From NCBI GenBank assembly GCA_963665275.2, contig CAXXIN010000007.1:448001-512000 (forward strand): a stretch of 64,000 bases of DNA, in the 5' to 3' direction. Under the pieces are notes generated by a model, which was given only the letters and a program-made list of their open reading frames with translations, was not told the DNA's origin and ran no database searches. The DNA comes from Negativicutes bacterium. GTDB lineage: Bacteria; Bacillota; Negativicutes; UBA1444. The stretch's first letter is position 1, and every line of letters starts with the position of its first letter. Positions 58,754 through 64,000 of the stretch are shown in pieces. The translations under genes were made by a program, and so were the position numbers.

Positions 58754-59841
58754 GGTTTCACCACCTCCGCCAGGCTTTGGGCGTTGAACCACAACAGGTC
58801 ACGGAAACTGATCACGCAAGTCTCGCCCTCTTTGAACATAAGCCCTTTGGATACGGCCTCGTGTGTCTCGATGCTGGTGCGCAGATGCGCCCCATCCACC
58901 TCAATAAGATAATCGATCATGGCGCCAAGGAAACTGGCGCGTTTTACCTTGCCGCGAAGCCCAGGGCCCTGTGGGGCAATCTGAACGTCGGAAGGTCGAA
59001 AACCCGCAGCCCAAGATGGTGCATCGCCCTGGGGCGGCGCCCACGGAATGGGCTGATCACCATTTCCCACCAGATAGGCGTCACCGGCACGCCGCACCGG
59101 AACGAAATTCGCTATGCCCATGAAATTGAAAACAAAAGGATCCGCCGGACGCTCAAAAATCTCCCAAGGGTTGCCTGTCTGACGTATCCGGCCAGATTCG
59201 TCCATGATAACCAGTCGGTCGGAGATCGCCAATGCAATCTCCTGATCATGCGTTACATAGAGGACGGTTATATTCAGTTTGCGCTGCAATTCTTTGATCT
59301 CAAAGCGCATTTCCTCACGCAGATTGGCGTCAAGATTGGTCAGGGGCTCATCCAGAAGCATCAGCGACGAATTGGCGACCAACGCTCGAGCCAACGCCAC
59401 GCGTTGTTGTTGACCGCCGGAAAGTTCGGACGGCAGACGATTCTCCAGCCCTTTCATCCCAACCATCTCTATCATTTCCATGACACGGTCCCGCAGCTCA
59501 TTTTTCGGCCGTTTGGCGATTTTCAGCGGAAAACCGACATTGTCAAAAACTGAAAGGTGCGGCCAAACCGCGTAATCCTGAAAGACTACGCCGAGTCCCC
59601 GGTTTTCGGGAGAAAGAAATATGCCCGCCGCCGGGTCCGCAACGACCTGGTTATCAATGAATATTCTCCCTGCATCGGGAGTCTCAAACCCAGCGATAAG
59701 TCTGAGCAGTACAGTTTTGCCACAACCTGACGGCCCCAACAATGTAAAACACTCGCCCTTTTCAATAGATAGCGTGAGATCTTTGTGCACCTGATGTTTG
59801 CCATAACTCTTCGATATACCTTCAACCCGGATTATTTCCAT
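58750..59841 (-). CDS. ABC ATP-binding subunit with TOBE domain
   Basis: GPSGCGKT, LSGGQQQR and LLDEP. Confidence 0.92.
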   Translation of the reverse strand: MEIIRVEGISKSYGKHQVHKDLTLSIEKGECFTLLGPSGCGKTVLLRLIAGFETPDAGRIFIDNQVVADPAAGIFLSPENRGLGVVFQDYAVWPHLSVFDNVGFPLKIAKRPKNELRDRVMEMIEMVGMKGLENRLPSELSGGQQQRVALARALVANSSLMLLDEPLTNLDANLREEMRFEIKELQRKLNITVLYVTHDQEIALAISDRLVIMDESGRIRQTGNPWEIFERPADPFVFNFMGIANFVPVRRAGDAYLVGNGDQPIPWAPPQGDAPSWAAGFRPSDVQIAPQGPGLRGKVKRASFLGAMIDYLIEVDGAHLRTSIETHEAVSKGLMFKEGETCVISFRDLLWFNAQSLAEVVKP

Positions 59842-59876
59842 ACTCGACCCTCACTTACTCATCATACTGATCAACT

Positions 59877-59910
59877 AAAAACGGCGGAACGGAATGATCC
59901 GTCCCGCCGA
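59877..59910 (-). terminator. Intercistronic hairpin after the binding-protein gene
   Basis: CGGCGG.ACGGA/TCCGT.CCGCCG plus T tract on the minus strand. Confidence 0.55.
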
Positions 59911-59934
59911 ATCAAGCAGACTGGCCGCTTGAAA

Positions 59935-60969
59935 TTACTTCTTTCCCTGCAGCGTATCAGTAAACTTTTTGATCGTCGTTTCTTTGGAAGCCATCATTTT
60001 GATATAGTCAATCTTGATGGAGCGCTTCAACGCTTCAGCAGCATCGGGAAGTTTCAATTTCTCCGGCGACTTCACCTCAGGCCGCACCGAAAGCGTACCC
60101 TCGTTTGCAATGAGGGTCTGCGCCTCTTTGCCTAGAAGATAGTCGACGAATTTCTTGGCTGCATCCAGGTTCGCGCTACCTTTCATAATCGCTACCGGGC
60201 TAGGTGCGACCAAGAGTTCCGGCGGGTAGTAAAGAGCAATGTGCGCGCCCTTCTTAATCTTGTCATAGGTTATGTAATCAACGGCAAGGCTGGCGGCAAG
60301 TTCGCCTGAGGCGGTGTCGTCAACGACCTGGCCGGATCCCTTGCCGATTCTGGCCTGATTGTCGTGCAGCTTATCAAAGAACTCCCACCCGAATTGCTTT
60401 TCAAGTAACGCAACGCTCATGTAGGCCGTTCCGGAAAGAGCGGGGTCGGCTATACCGAAAGCCTTTTTGTATTCCGGTTTGAACAGATCTGCCCACTGCG
60501 CGGGAGGAGTCTTGATTTTATCTGTATTAATGGCAATACCGAGGGTTCCGAGACGGGCTGCGGTAAAATACCCGTCATAGTCTTCAAACGGATTCAAGAC
60601 CTCTTTAATGACAGGTGTCTTGTATTGTTCCAAAAGTCCCTCTTTCTTCATACTGTAGAAATCGGGAACTTCGCTTGTCCAGATAATATCAGCCAAGATT
60701 TTGCCGCTCTGCCGTTCTGCGGCAATCTTAGCCATTAGCTTGCCGGCGCCGGCAGACTGATAATCGACTTCGATGCCAGGGTTCTGCTTTTTAAAACCTT
60801 CCACGATTCCGCCGATGAGCGATTCCTTCATGGATGTGTAGATGATGAGTTTCTTGCCGCCGGCAGCCGGTGCACCGGGCGCTGCCGCTTTCTTATCGCC
60901 GCCGCAACCTGCGAGCAGGAGACTGCACAACATGACGATGGCTAACAAAAGAATACTTTTTTTACTCAT
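59935..60969 (-). CDS. ABC substrate-binding lipoprotein (FbpA/AfuA-like)
   Basis: Lipobox LAGC, IYTS, ADIIW, DPALSGTAY and AAKKFVDY. Confidence 0.88.
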   Translation of the reverse strand: MSKKSILLLAIVMLCSLLLAGCGGDKKAAAPGAPAAGGKKLIIYTSMKESLIGGIVEGFKKQNPGIEVDYQSAGAGKLMAKIAAERQSGKILADIIWTSEVPDFYSMKKEGLLEQYKTPVIKEVLNPFEDYDGYFTAARLGTLGIAINTDKIKTPPAQWADLFKPEYKKAFGIADPALSGTAYMSVALLEKQFGWEFFDKLHDNQARIGKGSGQVVDDTASGELAASLAVDYITYDKIKKGAHIALYYPPELLVAPSPVAIMKGSANLDAAKKFVDYLLGKEAQTLIANEGTLSVRPEVKSPEKLKLPDAAEALKRSIKIDYIKMMASKETTIKKFTDTLQGKK

Positions 60970-61248
60970 TCCCCAAAAACCTCCCTGTATTTGAACTATT
61001 ATGGTTTTTGTATAAGCCGTTCTCCTTCAGGTCTTATCATAAAGGCACTCATAACGAAAAAACCTCCCTTCTGGATTTTCTGAAGAACAACGGCAATCAT
61101 TTTTTGCGGTGCCGGAAAACGCCGGTTTGATGCATATAGCGTGTCACTCATAATATTATACACGAATATTGCGAATTTTCGCCAATATAATGTCAATAAA
61201 CAAGAGAATGAGCGAGGATTCTATAAAGTCAAATGTTTGTAGCGCAAT

Positions 61249-62508
61249 TTATTTGAAAACTGTCAGATCGCTCTGGTTAATCAGTTTGCCAATCGCTTTT
61301 TTCGCTTTGGCATCCAGATGCAACCCATCAGTGCCCCAGTACGGAGGAAGCATGCCGCGACTGTCGACAAACAGGGGAGCTACGTCCAGATGTGGCAAAT
61401 TTTCCAGAATATAGCGATTCACTTTTTGCATTTCCGTTTGCCATCCAGGATCGGAGTTTTCTCTAAATACCTGCTTAATCCTGTCGGGATTGATTGGCGG
61501 CAACGTCAGGAAAACAGGCGTAATTTTGTTCCGGCGGCATTTCCCGGCGAGCTGCGCCAGCTCGCTTACCACCTCGTCAGCCTTGGTCCCGCCGCGCAAA
61601 CTATTCGTCCCTGTCAGGATGATCAACATCCGGGGCGCGAACGGTATGACATCCCTCTCGAACCGCTCCAGGCTGGCGGCAGACGTGTCACCGCTTCGCG
61701 CGAGATTGAGCGCCGGAGTCTTCAGATAAGCATGCAGGCTGTAAGTGAAATCGGACGGAGCATTGGAAATCGCTCCACCGCCGTGCATGATGCTGTCACC
61801 ATATATGCCCAGGGCAAACTGTCGCGACACCGAGCGGAGGGTAAATTCCTCCCGGTCGGAAAACTGCCCGATCGGCTGACCATTTTGTGCTATCGCCTGT
61901 ACCCGCCAAGAAAATTTGCCAATTCGCGGCGTCTCATCATAAACGTCGGCAGTCAGGCTCCCTTTGACTTCCCACGTCTGTACCAGTTTGCTTTTCCGCT
62001 CCGAAGATGACCCCGTTCCCGTTTCCTGATACAGTTCCACTTTGTAATGGTCGGCGCCGTGCACCGGAATCCAGGCATAGACAGGATAGAGTATCGGAGT
62101 AACTTTTGACCATTGCGTAGTAGTCACAGGGCGAAAGGTTTGAAAACTGTGCGGGGTTTTGACGGCAATCGCCACCGGCGCTGTCCATTCGTTCAGCGCT
62201 TTCTTGTCATAATCAAGCGACCTCACCCGATAGAAAAGAGTCTCCCCTATCCACGAACTCAAATCTGGCTGGAATCCAGCCGAATATACCTTCGTTGAAT
62301 GAAAAACAATTTGCTTGGCTGCAAAATCAGCAGTTTTGGCAATATCCAGTTCATACATCACAGCGTCAGGAAATCCCGCCCACTGCAACACCGGTTGGCT
62401 GCTGACCACCTTCGCCGCAGAAGGGATGGCCGCAGCTGGCGCAGCCAGCGCTTCCCCCTGCAACAAGATCAAACTGGTTAACACCCATAGAACAAACAGC
62501 TTTCTCAC
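61249..62508 (-). CDS. Exported SGNH/GDSL hydrolase with N-terminal FnIII-like domains
   Basis: Signal peptide, GDSI, SGDTS, GTN and DGLH blocks. Confidence 0.85.
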   Translation of the reverse strand: MRKLFVLWVLTSLILLQGEALAAPAAAIPSAAKVVSSQPVLQWAGFPDAVMYELDIAKTADFAAKQIVFHSTKVYSAGFQPDLSSWIGETLFYRVRSLDYDKKALNEWTAPVAIAVKTPHSFQTFRPVTTTQWSKVTPILYPVYAWIPVHGADHYKVELYQETGTGSSSERKSKLVQTWEVKGSLTADVYDETPRIGKFSWRVQAIAQNGQPIGQFSDREEFTLRSVSRQFALGIYGDSIMHGGGAISNAPSDFTYSLHAYLKTPALNLARSGDTSAASLERFERDVIPFAPRMLIILTGTNSLRGGTKADEVVSELAQLAGKCRRNKITPVFLTLPPINPDRIKQVFRENSDPGWQTEMQKVNRYILENLPHLDVAPLFVDSRGMLPPYWGTDGLHLDAKAKKAIGKLINQSDLTVFK

Positions 62509-62541
62509 AAACGTCGCCTACTTTTCCATTAAGAATATTCC

Positions 62542-63543
62542 TTATCGCAAGATGTCATGATTGATTTTGGTATAGAACTTCCTTTTTATTTCGTCAATGT
62601 CGCGAGTTTCAGCTGTGATCCACATCAACTTGGTTATGGCAGCTTCTACCGTCATATCAAAAGCCTGAAGGACATACGCATGATTGATTGCGCGAAATCC
62701 TACCTCATAGACCTCAGCATCGCTGCCCTCCAACATGACTTGCGATGCGATCACGACGACCTTGCCTTTTTGATCCATCATGGCAAGTTTGTCCAAAAAA
62801 TTACGTTTCTTATTAAAGGGAATACCCCCAACTCCGTAACTCTCAATAACCACTCCGTCATAATGCTCTCCAATATAGTCGAGAATGTCGGGTTCCATTC
62901 CCGGAACTAATTTGAGCAAAAATATTTTTGGATTCAACTTGTTCCAGAAGCTCGGCGTCTCATCAGCGGATTTCTCCTCAAAATAATGGGTGATCTTGCT
63001 ATCATCGATAAAAGCAGCGACAGGGTAGTTAATACTTTCAAAAGCCTGGAAACTCTTTGATCTGACTTTTCTGGCTCTCGTGCCAACTATCGCCTTCCCG
63101 TCGAACACAATATATATCCCTTTTACATGTGGATCGGCAGCAAAACGAATACTATCCAACAGATTTTTTTTGGCATCAGTTATCGCCGCATTAATAGGCT
63201 TCTGCGATCCGGTAAGAACAATCGGCTTTTGGGGCTGCTGAATCAGGTACGACAAAGCAGCCGCCGTATAGGCCATCGTATCTGTGCCGTGGGCAATCAC
63301 AAATCCATCATAATTTTCATACTCCGACTGGATTGCCGCAGCGATGCCGATCCAGTCTTCCGGCTGAATATTAGTGCTATCGATATTCAGAATTTGTCGG
63401 GTATCGATGCTACAATACTTTTCATACTCCGGCACGAACGCCAAAAGATCTTCTGGAATACTTTGAGGGGCAAGCCCGTCTACGGTCTTCTTGGATGCGA
63501 TCGTCCCGCCCGTCGCCAGTAATAGAATTTTTTTCATCTTCAT
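62542..63543 (-). CDS. ansA: L-asparaginase type I (cytoplasmic)
   Basis: ATGGTIAS, DST, HGTDTMAY, TGSQ, AFESIN and DMTVEAA.TKL. Confidence 0.9.
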   Translation of the reverse strand: MKMKKILLLATGGTIASKKTVDGLAPQSIPEDLLAFVPEYEKYCSIDTRQILNIDSTNIQPEDWIGIAAAIQSEYENYDGFVIAHGTDTMAYTAAALSYLIQQPQKPIVLTGSQKPINAAITDAKKNLLDSIRFAADPHVKGIYIVFDGKAIVGTRARKVRSKSFQAFESINYPVAAFIDDSKITHYFEEKSADETPSFWNKLNPKIFLLKLVPGMEPDILDYIGEHYDGVVIESYGVGGIPFNKKRNFLDKLAMMDQKGKVVVIASQVMLEGSDAEVYEVGFRAINHAYVLQAFDMTVEAAITKLMWITAETRDIDEIKRKFYTKINHDILR

Positions 63544-63554
63544 ATCCTTGCAAG

Positions 63555-64000
63555 TTATTGTTTCTTTTTAGCCACATACATCAGTTTATCAATGTACTGG
63601 AAAAATTCATCTGCCGTCATTTTCCCCTTCGGTTCATGAACAGCATAGCCCATAGCCAAGTCAATCAAGTAAGGTTTGGTATTTTCCTTGTTAAACCGTT
63701 CAACGTTATCCTTGATTCGTTGTACTGTTTGTTCAAGCGTTTCGCGGTTATCAATATCCATGATTACCATAAACTCATCACCACCATATCTTGCAACAAA
63801 GTCATCCTGCCGTAAACTGCCAGAGATGATCTGCACAGCGTCCTTAAGAGCTTCGTCGCCTATATCGTGGCCAAAGCGGTCGTTAATTTTTTTAAAATCG
63901 TTCAAGTCAATCAAAATAGCTGAGAACGCAGCACCATTAATACTGTTTTTGATTTTTGCTGTGATATAGCCGTCTAGCTGACGGCGATTACAAATACCCG
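63555..64000 (-). CDS. Diguanylate cyclase, GGDEF domain (5' part outside the window)
   Basis: GICNRR, DLNDFKKINDRFGH..GD, RQDD inhibitory site and ARYGGDEF. Confidence 0.92.
   Translation of the reverse strand, partial: GICNRRQLDGYITAKIKNSINGAAFSAILIDLNDFKKINDRFGHDIGDEALKDAVQIISGSLRQDDFVARYGGDEFMVIMDIDNRETLEQTVQRIKDNVERFNKENTKPYLIDLAMGYAVHEPKGKMTADEFFQYIDKLMYVAKKKQ

Overview
This window is mostly core chromosome from an anaerobic Firmicute, probably Negativicutes (Sporomusaceae/Selenomonadales-like; inferred from 16S signatures and gene content). It holds one complete minus-strand rRNA operon (16S-tRNA-Ile-tRNA-Ala-23S-5S) and about 45 protein genes. These cover central carbon metabolism (carboxyltransferase 5S/OadA-type, fba, pckA), hexuronate use (uxaE, TRAP, uxaC, kdgF-like), aspartate-family metabolism (lysC, asnS, thrC, ansA), a selenocysteine formate dehydrogenase with a SECIS, several radical SAM enzymes and an ABC importer. 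At least 11 genes, including housekeeping ones, are broken by small indels, most likely uncorrected long-read errors. The main candidate novelty is at 40221-41955: a GntR helix-turn-helix fused to a catalytically dead, lid-less pyruvate kinase that keeps its allosteric C domain and His-containing swivel domain. It is divergent from pckA and has a candidate GntR box in the pckA leader, so it may be a pseudoenzyme transcription factor for the PEP node. The second is a HutP-type antitermination cassette (hutP, NAG-rich leader, terminator) placed in front of a family III CoA-transferase instead of histidase. No CRISPR array, transposase, integrase or phage gene was seen.
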